This document shows, piece after piece, positions 38,877-48,988 of a stretch of 64,000 nt of DNA. Origin of the DNA: Opitutaceae bacterium. GTDB taxonomy: Bacteria > Verrucomicrobiota > Verrucomicrobiia > Opitutales > Coraliomargaritaceae. The notes under the pieces were generated by a model, which saw only the letters and a list, made by a program, of their open reading frames with translations, was not told the DNA's origin and did not search any database. Each line of letters opens with the position of its first letter. The stretch's first letter is position 1. The stretch spans positions 1 through 64,000 of the forward strand of contig JBPOFY010000009.1 of NCBI GenBank assembly GCA_051252375.1. The letters run 5' to 3'. A program made the translations under genes and the position numbers.

Positions 38877-41642
38877 CTACAATTCGACTTTAAAGTTGTA
38901 GGTCCCGGATTCCAATTCGAGTTTTACGTTTCCGTTTGGCGCGTCCATTTTTTTAACGCCGAGTATTTTCTCTGCAAGGTGACCATTTTCAGTAATGGAT
39001 GATACTGTCTGAAGATCTAGAACCGCCGTGGTGTTGACTGGCACACGTAGTTCAATGGCTACTGTATCGCCTTCACGTTTCCAGTTGCAGACAATCAGAC
39101 CATAGACCGAACGGTGTGAGCAGTTCACCCAGTCCAAGCCCTCGACGAAGCGAGGCTGCAGTTGAATGCGGTCGAACCCCACCGCGTCTGATGCGGGTTC
39201 AATACCGCCGATCCAGTTGTAGAACCATTGGCTGACTGAGCCGAACATCGGGTGATTGTGGCTTTTGCCTTCACTGTATTTTAAAGATTCCCACAAGGTG
39301 GTGGCGCCGTTTTCCAACATATGCCCCCATCCGGGGAAATCACGTTTATCCACCATAGCGTTGGCGACTTCGACTTGGTCTTCGCGGCTTAAAACATCCA
39401 ACATATAGCGAGTTCCAAAAATTCCGGTCGTGAGGTGTCCGTCGTGTTTTTCGATATCCTTCAGAAGATGGTCTAGCGCCAGCTGGCGTTCGTTTTCTGG
39501 TAGCATGTCGAGAAAGAGCGCGAAGGATTGAACGCTTTGGATGCCCGATCCAGCGACACCAGTTCCGTTAGCAACGCATTCCTTTAAATAGGCCTGCTTA
39601 ATGTCTTCGGCGAGCTGAGCGTATTCAGCGGCCTCGTCTTCTTTGCCTAGAATACCTGCCAACCGTGAAAGCATACGGGCAGATTCGCAGTAGAGCGGTG
39701 TAACCATCGGCGTCGACTTTTCTCTTTCTAGCGCCTCGTGGTCGTGCAGACCGCTGCGTATGATGTGATCATTATTGTTGGACCGGACTAACTCGAACCA
39801 GCGTTTACTGACGGTATATTGCTCTTCGATGATTCGGCGGTCGCCATAGTAGCGGTAGAGTTGCGTTTGGAGGTGCGGATGCGCCATGGCCCAGCCTACA
39901 CCACAATATTGAATGCCCACCGACGGAGCGGTGTCAGTCAACATACCATCCGGAAGCGCACTGTCGGCCCAGTCGCGTGTCGCCTTGGGGTAGAAGGTAG
40001 ACATGTCGTAGTTGAGCATGAAAGCGTCTGAAGTGGTGACTAGGTCGCCGCCATATCCAAACCGCTCACGGTGCGGGCAATCCGATTGCACGCCGAACAA
40101 GTTACTGAGGAACGTCCATTCGGTCATCTTTTGGATACCGTTGAACAGTTCATTGGAACTGGAGAACGACCCTACTGGTTCAACGTTGGAATTCATGCGC
40201 AGCCCCTTGATCGATTCTAGTGATGGAACGGAGGGGAGTCCGGTCAGTTCGATATAGCGGAACGCGTGGAAAGTGAATTGCGGCGTATAGTTTTCGCCAC
40301 CACCACGGGCAATGTAGTTGTCTTCCTGCCAAGCGATTGGGGGCGCGCCCGGATACTGTGGCTTTGATGCGTTTTTGATTTGTCCGCATACACTGCTCAT
40401 CGGATTCAGTGTGCCATCTTCATGCAACAGCTCGCCGTAGCGAATCGAGATTTCAGTTCCGGCGGGAACATCAAAATCGAAGCTAGCCCAGCCGCCAAAG
40501 TTTTGCCCCATGTCGATGATATAGATGCCCTTGTTTGGTTCTGTGACCTCAACGGGACGGATTTCCTTGGTCACCTTGATCGCTGGAAGCGGAAGCGCTT
40601 CTAGAGCACCCTCGGGTGCTGAAACAGTTTGTGCGGTGGACCAGTCACTATCATCAAGCCCGGGCTTATCCCAACCAGGGACTTCTTTGCGGGCATCTAC
40701 TTTTTCGCCGAGGTAGATGTTGTTGCGTAGGATCGGTCCCTGTGTGACTTTCCATGACACATCACTGGTGATCGATTCGCTGGAGCCATCAGCGTATTCG
40801 ATCTGGAGACGGGCTATGAATTGTGGACGTCCGACTGGTAAGTGCTCACGTAAGTTTTTGCGCCCCCACATACGCAGGGGCAGGGGGTTATACCAACCAT
40901 TGCCTAGTGAGACACCCAAACAATTGTTTTCGACTGTAAGGCTATGCGTCACGTCAAATGTGGAGTAGAACACGCGTTTGTCGGGGCGTGTCCAAAGCGG
41001 ATCAAGGTGTTGGTCGCCCACCATTTCGCCATTCAGGGATGCGCGATAATAACCCAGCGCAGTGATGTAGAGGCGCGCGGTTTTCACCGGACCCGTCAGC
41101 TTGAAAGGTTTACGGAAGAGTGGCGCCGGATCATCCTTGAAAAAGTCCTCGTCCTTTTCTGGCTGCGGTATGCCATCGTTGAGCCACTCCGCCTTCCAGT
41201 CCTCTGTCTTCAATAGCCCCATCTCCCAGTATGCAGGAGCTGACCATTCGGAGACCTTGTCACGACTGTCCCAGACTTTTACTTTCCAATAGCAACGCTG
41301 GCCAGAGCCCAGAGGTTTGCCAGCGTAGAGAATACCAACGTTCTGACTCGACTCGACTTTGCCACTGTCCCACAGGTCGCCGCGATCGTTCTTCAATCCC
41401 TCGGCGGTTGTGGAAACCAGAATGTGATAAGCACTCGGTTTCGCTCCGCGCGCATCCGATTGGAGCTCCCAGTTTAAGCGAGGTTCTGGATGTTCAATGC
41501 CTAGTGGTTGATCTCTATATTCGCAGCGCAGACGTGTTACACTCATCTCTTCTACGATTGCGTCTTCGGCAGAGAGATCTGCTAAGGGAGAGAGAAATGT
41601 CGCACATAAAGTGCACAGGCTGAATATTGATTTAACGCGCAT
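38877..41642 (-). CDS. GH78 alpha-L-rhamnosidase, secreted
   Basis: LRCEYRDQPLG N-terminal FN3-like region, DCPHRERFGYGGD, GATTLWE, SHNHPMFG. Confidence 0.93.
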   Translation of the reverse strand: MRVKSIFSLCTLCATFLSPLADLSAEDAIVEEMSVTRLRCEYRDQPLGIEHPEPRLNWELQSDARGAKPSAYHILVSTTAEGLKNDRGDLWDSGKVESSQNVGILYAGKPLGSGQRCYWKVKVWDSRDKVSEWSAPAYWEMGLLKTEDWKAEWLNDGIPQPEKDEDFFKDDPAPLFRKPFKLTGPVKTARLYITALGYYRASLNGEMVGDQHLDPLWTRPDKRVFYSTFDVTHSLTVENNCLGVSLGNGWYNPLPLRMWGRKNLREHLPVGRPQFIARLQIEYADGSSESITSDVSWKVTQGPILRNNIYLGEKVDARKEVPGWDKPGLDDSDWSTAQTVSAPEGALEALPLPAIKVTKEIRPVEVTEPNKGIYIIDMGQNFGGWASFDFDVPAGTEISIRYGELLHEDGTLNPMSSVCGQIKNASKPQYPGAPPIAWQEDNYIARGGGENYTPQFTFHAFRYIELTGLPSVPSLESIKGLRMNSNVEPVGSFSSSNELFNGIQKMTEWTFLSNLFGVQSDCPHRERFGYGGDLVTTSDAFMLNYDMSTFYPKATRDWADSALPDGMLTDTAPSVGIQYCGVGWAMAHPHLQTQLYRYYGDRRIIEEQYTVSKRWFELVRSNNNDHIIRSGLHDHEALEREKSTPMVTPLYCESARMLSRLAGILGKEDEAAEYAQLAEDIKQAYLKECVANGTGVAGSGIQSVQSFALFLDMLPENERQLALDHLLKDIEKHDGHLTTGIFGTRYMLDVLSREDQVEVANAMVDKRDFPGWGHMLENGATTLWESLKYSEGKSHNHPMFGSVSQWFYNWIGGIEPASDAVGFDRIQLQPRFVEGLDWVNCSHRSVYGLIVCNWKREGDTVAIELRVPVNTTAVLDLQTVSSITENGHLAEKILGVKKMDAPNGNVKLELESGTYNFKVEL

Positions 41643-41656
41643 TGAAGAAATTTCTC

Positions 41657-43957
41657 TTAACGTTCGAGATGTAGGCTTTGATTTAATTGGTAGGCGATCC
41701 CCGTCTCAGTATCCGACGTCCAAGTCTTATCGCGATAGACAACTTTGCAGGGCAAGCCGGATTTAGAATGGATGGTTGCGGAAACCAGTTTACCCTCGTG
41801 CCATGTCATATCCACCTCGAATCCACCGCGGGCACGGAGCCCTTTTACCGAACCGGTGCTCCATGCTTCGGGCAATGCCGGCAGTAGTTGGATTTGGTTC
41901 GCATGGCTTTGAACCAGCATCTCGCAATAGCCAGCGGTTGCGCCGAGGTTGCCATCGATCTGAAAAGGCGGATGTGAGCAGAATAGGTTCGAGTAGACGC
42001 CGCCTCCGCTCTTTCCGTAGATGGTCTTTGTTTCGCTGACCAAGTTGATCAGGCTACGCAGCAATTTATGCGCACGGTCGCCGTCTCCCAATCGAGCCCA
42101 GAAGTTTATCTTCCACGCGCGGCTCCATCCGGTGCTTTCATCTCCGCGAGCATTGAGTGAAACGCGCGCCGCTTCGGCTAGATCTGGTGTGAGTGCTGTG
42201 CTGATCTGACGACCGGGGTAAAGGGCAAACAGATGGGAAACATGACGGTGTTTGTCCTCAGGATCATCCTTGTCGATTTCCCATTCTTTCAGCTGTCCCC
42301 AGCGTCCGATCGCGGGTTTAAGGAGATCGTCGCGCATGGCCGCAATGTGATCGCGGAATTCCTGGTCGTCGCCTAATTCATCAGCCGCCTCAACGGTGTT
42401 GTTGAAAAGATCGTAAATGATTTCTTGGTCGTAAGTGACGCCTTCCTCGGGCTCATATTTATATTGCTCGGGCGACCAGCCGTCGGGCGTGACAAGTGTG
42501 CCGTCGGGACGACGCTTAAGGTGATCTTCCCAGAAGTGGCAGATTTCTTTCATGATCGGATATGCCTTGTTGCGGAGATATTCTTTATCGCGACCGAAGG
42601 CATAGTGTTCCCAGAGGTGCTGCGCATACCAAGCGCTTCCTGGTCCATTCCACTTCCAGAATGAAATCCCACAAGCATTGTTCATTGTCCGAACTGTCCA
42701 TCCGCGCACGTCGCCGTAATGCAGCTTCGTGAACTCCGCGCTCACCTCACGGATACTGTCGACATAGTCGATAAAGGGGACATGGCATTCAGCAATGTTC
42801 GCCGTTTCCACCGGCCAGTAGTTCATCTCCAAGTTGATGTTCGAATGGTAGTCGCCGGCCCAGACGGGAAGGTTACTGTGGTTCCACACGCCTTGCAAGT
42901 TGGCGGGTAGCGCACCGGGGCGGGAGCAACTGATCAGCAGGTAGCGACCAAACTGGCAAAACAGGGCCTCAAGTTCGGGGTCGCTTGTTTTATCGAGGGT
43001 GTAGGCTTCTAGGCGCTCGGCTGTGTTTTTCGCGAGTAAGTCTGGAGCGGTCTTGCCCAGATTGACTGAGAACCGGCGGAAGAGGGATTGATAATCCTCC
43101 ACGTGTGCGGCGAGTAGCGTGTCGACGCTTTGGGCGCTGGCGGAATCAACCTGCTGGGTGACTCTGACATGGGGATGTTCGCCGAGCCACTGTTTGGAGA
43201 AATCTTGTTCGAAATTGGTTCCCGCACCCAGCACGAGTGTAACGCTGTCGCATTTTTTAAACTCGAGACCTAGTGGAGCCATCGGCGACTTCCATGAGTT
43301 TTCCGCTTTGCCCCGTTTGAGTTCGCCGCCTTGGTTCAATACTTGCAGTTGGGATTCGTATTCAAAGCCGTTGCCGATCGCGCCCACTGCGCTGAAACGG
43401 TGATTTTTCAGTTTGATTTGGGCGTTATGCATATCCGTCAGCCAAATACGCCCAGTATAAGATGCAGGTTTATCAGCCGTAAGGTGAACGACGATCACGC
43501 GTGCCGGATGACTAGCGAAAGCGGTTTGTGTGTAATGAATGCCCTCATAATCATATTCGACAGTGTGGGTCGCACTATCGATGTCCAACTGGCGGCGATA
43601 GTTACTTACTTGAGTCGGATCGTGCCCGAGGCGAATGAAGATGTCGCCGAAGGCTTGGTGGGAACCGAGATTTTGTTCCTCTTCCTGTTGCGTGTCGCCA
43701 AGTAGCTTACTTTTTTTGGGCATACGGTCACCACTCCATAGACTGATCTCGTTGAACTGAATTCGTTCGATATCGGTGCCACCGAAAAGCATCGCCCCCA
43801 TGGGACCATTGCCGATCGGCAGTGCCTCTTTCATCCATGATTCTGCTGGCTGATCATACCAGAGAGTGAGGGGAGAGGTGGTCGCGTTAACGGTAGTTGC
43901 GAGTATAGTGATAAGCCCGATACATATCTTTAATACATGAGTTATGTTTAAGTTCAT
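41657..43957 (-). CDS. GH95 alpha-L-fucosidase, secreted
   Basis: ALPIGNG, FGRYLLISCSR, ANLQGVW, NINLEMNYW, HRHVSHL, PFQIDGN; likely start MNLNIT. Confidence 0.93.
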   Translation of the reverse strand: MNLNITHVLKICIGLITILATTVNATTSPLTLWYDQPAESWMKEALPIGNGPMGAMLFGGTDIERIQFNEISLWSGDRMPKKSKLLGDTQQEEEQNLGSHQAFGDIFIRLGHDPTQVSNYRRQLDIDSATHTVEYDYEGIHYTQTAFASHPARVIVVHLTADKPASYTGRIWLTDMHNAQIKLKNHRFSAVGAIGNGFEYESQLQVLNQGGELKRGKAENSWKSPMAPLGLEFKKCDSVTLVLGAGTNFEQDFSKQWLGEHPHVRVTQQVDSASAQSVDTLLAAHVEDYQSLFRRFSVNLGKTAPDLLAKNTAERLEAYTLDKTSDPELEALFCQFGRYLLISCSRPGALPANLQGVWNHSNLPVWAGDYHSNINLEMNYWPVETANIAECHVPFIDYVDSIREVSAEFTKLHYGDVRGWTVRTMNNACGISFWKWNGPGSAWYAQHLWEHYAFGRDKEYLRNKAYPIMKEICHFWEDHLKRRPDGTLVTPDGWSPEQYKYEPEEGVTYDQEIIYDLFNNTVEAADELGDDQEFRDHIAAMRDDLLKPAIGRWGQLKEWEIDKDDPEDKHRHVSHLFALYPGRQISTALTPDLAEAARVSLNARGDESTGWSRAWKINFWARLGDGDRAHKLLRSLINLVSETKTIYGKSGGGVYSNLFCSHPPFQIDGNLGATAGYCEMLVQSHANQIQLLPALPEAWSTGSVKGLRARGGFEVDMTWHEGKLVSATIHSKSGLPCKVVYRDKTWTSDTETGIAYQLNQSLHLER

Positions 43958-43976
43958 GGCTTCTATTGTGAATCGA

Positions 43977-44732
43977 TTAATTGAGTGGTCCCCATATATC
44001 AGCCAGCAGTTTATAGAATGCGGGGTCATGATTCTTGAGCTCAGCCGCGACAAAGGGGTAGAAATCGTTGCGGTAGAAGTAGGCTTCTGTGCCTTCGGCG
44101 AAATATTCCTTGTGATTGGTTGCCCCGTAGTGGCGCACGGTCTTTCCATTGAATAGCAGCGCCTTGTCATAAATCCCCGCTGCCATTGCATCGTCGTAGG
44201 CTTTGATGATTCTCGGATCGTTAAAGCTTAGGTATTGGTCGTGATAGGCATGTGCCAATTCGTGGAGGATGACTGCTGGGTGTTTCAGCATTTGATTCCG
44301 GTCGAGAAGACTGGCTGCTCTTGGAATGTGCACTTTCTTGGACAGTCTTGGATCATGCCCATTTTGCTTTAACCATTTGATGCTGGGATGGTATTGCATG
44401 TTGTCCAGCGCGTGATTGGACTCGATCCATATTTCGAGTATGCGCATTTTTTTCAGTTGTTCCTCTGGCATCAAAATAGCGATCCGCTGGAGATGATTCG
44501 CCAGCATTTTTAAAGCCTCCGCGCCCTGAGGGTATTGCTCTGCATCCAACAGTTTCGGTTCGATGTGAATCTGCCAACCTTCGATGTTTTTGACGATAGG
44601 ATCGAAATGAATAACTGCGGCATTAGCTTGTGGTTCGGCTACGTTCTTGGCAGAGAGTGTCGCAAGGGGAGTTAGCACGGTTGCGCACAAAGCGCATATG
44701 CTGACCGTGTATCGTATGCGAAATAATTTCAT
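43977..44732 (-). CDS. Secreted zinc metallopeptidase-like protein (HExxH)
   Basis: VILHELAHAYH...NHKEYFAEGTEAYF...L...DP (zincin, MtfA/LF-like). Confidence 0.75.
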   Translation of the reverse strand: MKLFRIRYTVSICALCATVLTPLATLSAKNVAEPQANAAVIHFDPIVKNIEGWQIHIEPKLLDAEQYPQGAEALKMLANHLQRIAILMPEEQLKKMRILEIWIESNHALDNMQYHPSIKWLKQNGHDPRLSKKVHIPRAASLLDRNQMLKHPAVILHELAHAYHDQYLSFNDPRIIKAYDDAMAAGIYDKALLFNGKTVRHYGATNHKEYFAEGTEAYFYRNDFYPFVAAELKNHDPAFYKLLADIWGPLN

Positions 44733-44750
44733 AATAATCATGTTGGAATA

Positions 44751-47744
44751 TTAATCTTGGCGTTCGAAATACCATGTCGAGAAGCGTGACGCGATGACCA
44801 TCTTCCGGGCTTCCTGAGAATCCAGCTCCATCGTGCACATTTGATCGGTTACATACATGAATAGTTTTCCGATTCCCGCATCCTCGGGGTTTTCGAAAAT
44901 GTCATCGGGGTAATCATACCACCAATAGCCGTATAGGTTCTTCTCATTGTTTTTGATTGTGAAAACGCTGCCGCTTTCATTGAAGTCAAACGCTTGGGGA
45001 GTGACCGCTTTCGCTTCACCTTGCCCGCGCTTGATCGCGGTGAGTATCCATTTCCCCACGACTTCCTTATCCTTGGGACCATTGAAGGTTTGTGGGTCGT
45101 CGCTCTCGGAGGTGACTAGACGTGGATCGGTGATCTTGGGCAGTGGTCCTTTAATGAAATCACTTTTGAGGGACATGAACAGCTGGTCGTTTTTAGTTAT
45201 GAATGCCTCAATGGTCGCCGATTCCTCGAGCTCGAATGGACCTGTGTATTCGAGCGGTGTCGAACCGTTGATCGAGTAGGCGATATTGAAGTCGGCTTGT
45301 TCAAGTTCTCCCCGAAGTGCGATTCGGTTCAATGCAATGACGATGGTCGTGCTTTCAGGGAAGAGCGTGCGCCCTAGAATACCTGCACCCGTGACTTCGA
45401 TGCGCCCTGCTTTATCGGTGCTCTGGAAAATGCCCAGCGAGAGACCATTGAAAGTTTTACGGTGAGTCTCACGATGAGTGGTCACATCGACTGGATCGCC
45501 ATTGTCGAAGCCCAAGAGTTTAACCGGCCCGTCGATTTGATAGTCGATGCGGTTGCACGCCCACGGAACAAAGTTGCCGGCAGCATCCTTGATGGTCGTG
45601 GTTAGATGGCTGATGTCGAACCGGTCGGCAGCCATGTCCTGGTTGTCGGCGGTCAGTTCGATCTGCGTTGGATGTCCGGCAGTGTGGAAGACTTTTTCCG
45701 CAACGGCTGTATTGTCGCGGTAGCCGATGGCTTTTAGTGTTCCGGGCTGATAGGGCACCTTCCATACAAAATCAAGCAGCTCGCGCGGCGGCATCTTGCC
45801 GAGCGACTTGTCGTTGAGGAAGAGTTCCACCTCGTCGCAGTTTGAGTAGGCCACCACGGGGATTTCCACGCCGTCCATTCCTGGGTGCGTCCAGTGGGGT
45901 AGGATGTGCACCATTGGCTTGTCGGTCCATTGGCTTTGGTAAAAGTAATAGTGGTCTTTCGGAAACCCGCATAGGTCGATGATTCCGAAGTTCCAGATGC
46001 GTGCAGGCCATGTGCCCCCGCCGAATGAAGCTTCACCAAGATAGTCGAAACCAGTCCAGCGGAATTCGCCCATGATCCAAGGGGTTTCCTTGGTGCGTTT
46101 CCAGCAGGTGCGGGCAGTGATGCGCACGCCGCAGTTGTCGTAGGATGAACTGTAACGCGGATGACCATCAAAGAAGATCTGCTTGTCGTTATATGCAGGG
46201 AACGGATTCACCATGATGCTCTTGTTGCGCCACCAAGTAAGTGTGCGGTAGAATCCGCGGGTTTGAAGTGTGTGCGGCACTTCGGTGAGCACGACAGGTG
46301 TTTCAGGGTTTTCTTCGTGGAACTTTTCGAGGATTCCCGGTGTGCCACCCGGAGCATTGAATCCAGCAATATCGACGCCGTAGAGCAGGCTGCCTCCTGT
46401 GGTCGGACGGGTCGTGTCGTATTTTTTAACTTCGTCTGAAATGCGGTGATGATCCTTGATCCCGGTTTCATTGCCGATGCTGTAAATAATGACGGATGGG
46501 TGGTTGCGGTCGCGCTTGACCCAATTTTTGACATCTTCTTTCCACCAATCTTTGAAGTAGTGCCGACCGTAGTCATGCTTACTTTTTGCGCCCCAACCAT
46601 CGAACAATTCATCCATGACCATGATGCCCATTTCATCACACATACGGTAGAAGATGGGGCGGCGGGGGTTATGGGAAACGCGGATAGCATTGCAGCCCAT
46701 ATCTTTTAAAATTTGCAGGCGACGACGCAGGACTTTCTCGGGAATGGCTACACCGACGAGGCCTCCGTCTGAGTGTTCGCAAACCCCCTTCAGCTTAGTG
46801 GACTTTTCATTGAGAAAAAACCCTTCGTTTGGATCGAACCTCAAACTGCGAATGCCAAAGATGGTTTCGTTGGTATCAATTGTTTGTCCCGCGATTTGTA
46901 TTTCACTGGTCAGAGTGTAAAGGGCGGGGGAGTCTGGCGACCAGAGCGCTGGGTTACCGATGATCAGTTGATGCTTCACGATCGTCTGTTCGTTCGCGGG
47001 TAGTTGTTGCTCAGATGTCAAAGACGCGAGCTCGTTGCCATTCGCGTCACGTATGATGGATTTCACCGTGACCTCTCGCGCGGTAGCACTGCCGTTGTTC
47101 AGCGTCGATTCAATGGCGACGGTTGCTTTTGTCGCATCCACTTCTGGGGTTGTAACGAAAACGCCCCACTGATCGAAGTTGATTTTATTTTTGGTAATTA
47201 AGGTCACGTCGCCATAGATGCCGCAACCGGCATACCAGCGAGCGTTCGGAGCTTGTTCATTGTCGACTCGGACAACCAAGGTGTTGCTCCCGGACTGCAT
47301 TTGTTCGGAAATATCGAAGTAGAAACTGATGTAACCATAAGGGCGTCCGCCGACCTTCTCGCCATTCACCCACACTTCTGTGTTCATGTAGGAGGCATCG
47401 AAGAGTATAAGATACTGTTTCGTGGGATCGACTTGCCCGATCTCAAAGTTTTTACGATACCAGCCCAAGCCAGTTGGCAGATATCCGCCCTGTCCTCCGG
47501 AGGGGTTCTCTTTATCGTATGGTCCCAGTATGGACCAATCGTGGGGAACCGAAATCGTTTCCCAATCCGAATCATCGAAGTCCGGTTCTACTGCTTCGGG
47601 TGAATCGGAATGGCTGAACTTCCAGTCGAATGTCAGTTTCTCAGCTTGGTTTATATTCGCCCTTATCGATGTGGCTGTCGCTGAGGATATGGCACAAGCT
47701 CCGACGATAAGGAGACTGAGCAAGGCCTTCATTCTGATATTCAT
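44751..47744 (-). CDS. GH2 beta-glycosidase (beta-galactosidase-like), secreted
   Basis: VPHDWSI, GWYRK, GCNAIRVSHNP, RDRNHPSVIIYSIGNE, WTGFDYLGE. Confidence 0.93.
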   Translation of the reverse strand: MNIRMKALLSLLIVGACAISSATATSIRANINQAEKLTFDWKFSHSDSPEAVEPDFDDSDWETISVPHDWSILGPYDKENPSGGQGGYLPTGLGWYRKNFEIGQVDPTKQYLILFDASYMNTEVWVNGEKVGGRPYGYISFYFDISEQMQSGSNTLVVRVDNEQAPNARWYAGCGIYGDVTLITKNKINFDQWGVFVTTPEVDATKATVAIESTLNNGSATAREVTVKSIIRDANGNELASLTSEQQLPANEQTIVKHQLIIGNPALWSPDSPALYTLTSEIQIAGQTIDTNETIFGIRSLRFDPNEGFFLNEKSTKLKGVCEHSDGGLVGVAIPEKVLRRRLQILKDMGCNAIRVSHNPRRPIFYRMCDEMGIMVMDELFDGWGAKSKHDYGRHYFKDWWKEDVKNWVKRDRNHPSVIIYSIGNETGIKDHHRISDEVKKYDTTRPTTGGSLLYGVDIAGFNAPGGTPGILEKFHEENPETPVVLTEVPHTLQTRGFYRTLTWWRNKSIMVNPFPAYNDKQIFFDGHPRYSSSYDNCGVRITARTCWKRTKETPWIMGEFRWTGFDYLGEASFGGGTWPARIWNFGIIDLCGFPKDHYYFYQSQWTDKPMVHILPHWTHPGMDGVEIPVVAYSNCDEVELFLNDKSLGKMPPRELLDFVWKVPYQPGTLKAIGYRDNTAVAEKVFHTAGHPTQIELTADNQDMAADRFDISHLTTTIKDAAGNFVPWACNRIDYQIDGPVKLLGFDNGDPVDVTTHRETHRKTFNGLSLGIFQSTDKAGRIEVTGAGILGRTLFPESTTIVIALNRIALRGELEQADFNIAYSINGSTPLEYTGPFELEESATIEAFITKNDQLFMSLKSDFIKGPLPKITDPRLVTSESDDPQTFNGPKDKEVVGKWILTAIKRGQGEAKAVTPQAFDFNESGSVFTIKNNEKNLYGYWWYDYPDDIFENPEDAGIGKLFMYVTDQMCTMELDSQEARKMVIASRFSTWYFERQD

Positions 47745-47761
47745 GTATGTGCAAGAAGAGT

Positions 47762-48988
47762 TTATGACTTTGCCTCATCTTTGAATAGAGCGGCGAATAG
47801 GATCAGAATGAATCCTGCAATGAGGGCAGGGGTGAGCCAGATCTTTTGCCATTGGATGACTTGCTCGACGACTGCGCCGGCTTCCACTGTGCTGGTGAAG
47901 TGCTGAACAACTTCGCCTGATAAGTTCGCGCCGATGACCATGCCTACGCCATAGGTGATGAATGCGATAAAGCCTTGGGCCTGCGCTTGGATGGCTTTGG
48001 GCGCGGCGTTGTCCACGTAGATTTGTCCGGTAACAAAGAAGAAGTCGTAACAGATGCCATGTAGGAGAATGCCGAGGTAATACATCCACACCAGTGAGTC
48101 CGGACTGCCAAATGCGAACAGTGCATAGCGTGCGACCCACGCAGACATGCCGATGAGTAGCATTTTCTTCACTCCGAGTCGGACAAAGAAGAAGGGCATG
48201 ACGACCATGAAGCAGATCTCAGACATTTGCCCCATCGTCATTTTGCCGGCCGCATTGGAGACCCCGACATCATTGAGGAACATGTTTGCGAAGTTGTAAT
48301 AGAAGGCCAGTGGGATGCAGATGAGCAGCGAGCCGATGACAAAGACCGCGAATGACCGCTGTTTCAATAACTTCAAAGTCTCTAGACCGAGCATATCGCT
48401 TATTGTGACTTTGTGCCCGAGTGATTTCGGTGGCGTGTCAGGTAAGAAGAAAGAGAGTAGCCCCAGTAGTATCGAGGAACCACCTGCGATGATGATGGGG
48501 AGGCTCTGCGCTTCCAACTTCAGGAAACCGATCAACAGACCCGCTACGATCCAACCAAGCGTGCCAAACACACGGATGAGTGGGAACTGTTTCTCCGGGC
48601 TACTCATTTGGTTGAATGAAATCGCATTCGCCAGACTGAGTGTTGGATTGTAGAAAATTGCGTAGGCGATCAGCACCCAGAACAGCGTCGTCGAGTTTTC
48701 AATCGTGCTAGCGTAAAACAAGATGAAGCCGCCGCAGATGTGCATGAACGCCATGACTTTTTGAGCTGCAAAAAAGCGGTCTGCGATCATGCCTGCAATG
48801 AATGGCGCGATCACGGCTCCCCAAGACATTGTGCTGTAGGCGCGACCGATTTGCTCGGGCTCAAAGTTGAGTCCTTTTGAGAGGTAGGTGCCCAGCGTGA
48901 CAAACCATGCGCCCCAAATAAAGAATTGGAGAAACATCATCACGGACAAGCGCGTTGAAATCGAAGTCGATAATTTATTTGGGTTCAT
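47762..48988 (-). CDS. MFS nucleoside:H+ symporter family (NupG/YegT-like)
   Basis: MMFLQFFIWGAW, ADRFF, IRVFGTLGWI, LHGICYDFFFV. Confidence 0.9.
   Translation of the reverse strand: MNPNKLSTSISTRLSVMMFLQFFIWGAWFVTLGTYLSKGLNFEPEQIGRAYSTMSWGAVIAPFIAGMIADRFFAAQKVMAFMHICGGFILFYASTIENSTTLFWVLIAYAIFYNPTLSLANAISFNQMSSPEKQFPLIRVFGTLGWIVAGLLIGFLKLEAQSLPIIIAGGSSILLGLLSFFLPDTPPKSLGHKVTISDMLGLETLKLLKQRSFAVFVIGSLLICIPLAFYYNFANMFLNDVGVSNAAGKMTMGQMSEICFMVVMPFFFVRLGVKKMLLIGMSAWVARYALFAFGSPDSLVWMYYLGILLHGICYDFFFVTGQIYVDNAAPKAIQAQAQGFIAFITYGVGMVIGANLSGEVVQHFTSTVEAGAVVEQVIQWQKIWLTPALIAGFILILFAALFKDEAKS

Noticed and set aside
43958..44191. N-terminal extension of GH95 overlapping the peptidase gene
   Set aside because: The signal peptide begins at 43957; the upstream part is an alternative frame of the peptidase. 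The same applies to ORF-track extensions of lipA, metF, DUF1080 and the SNase gene.
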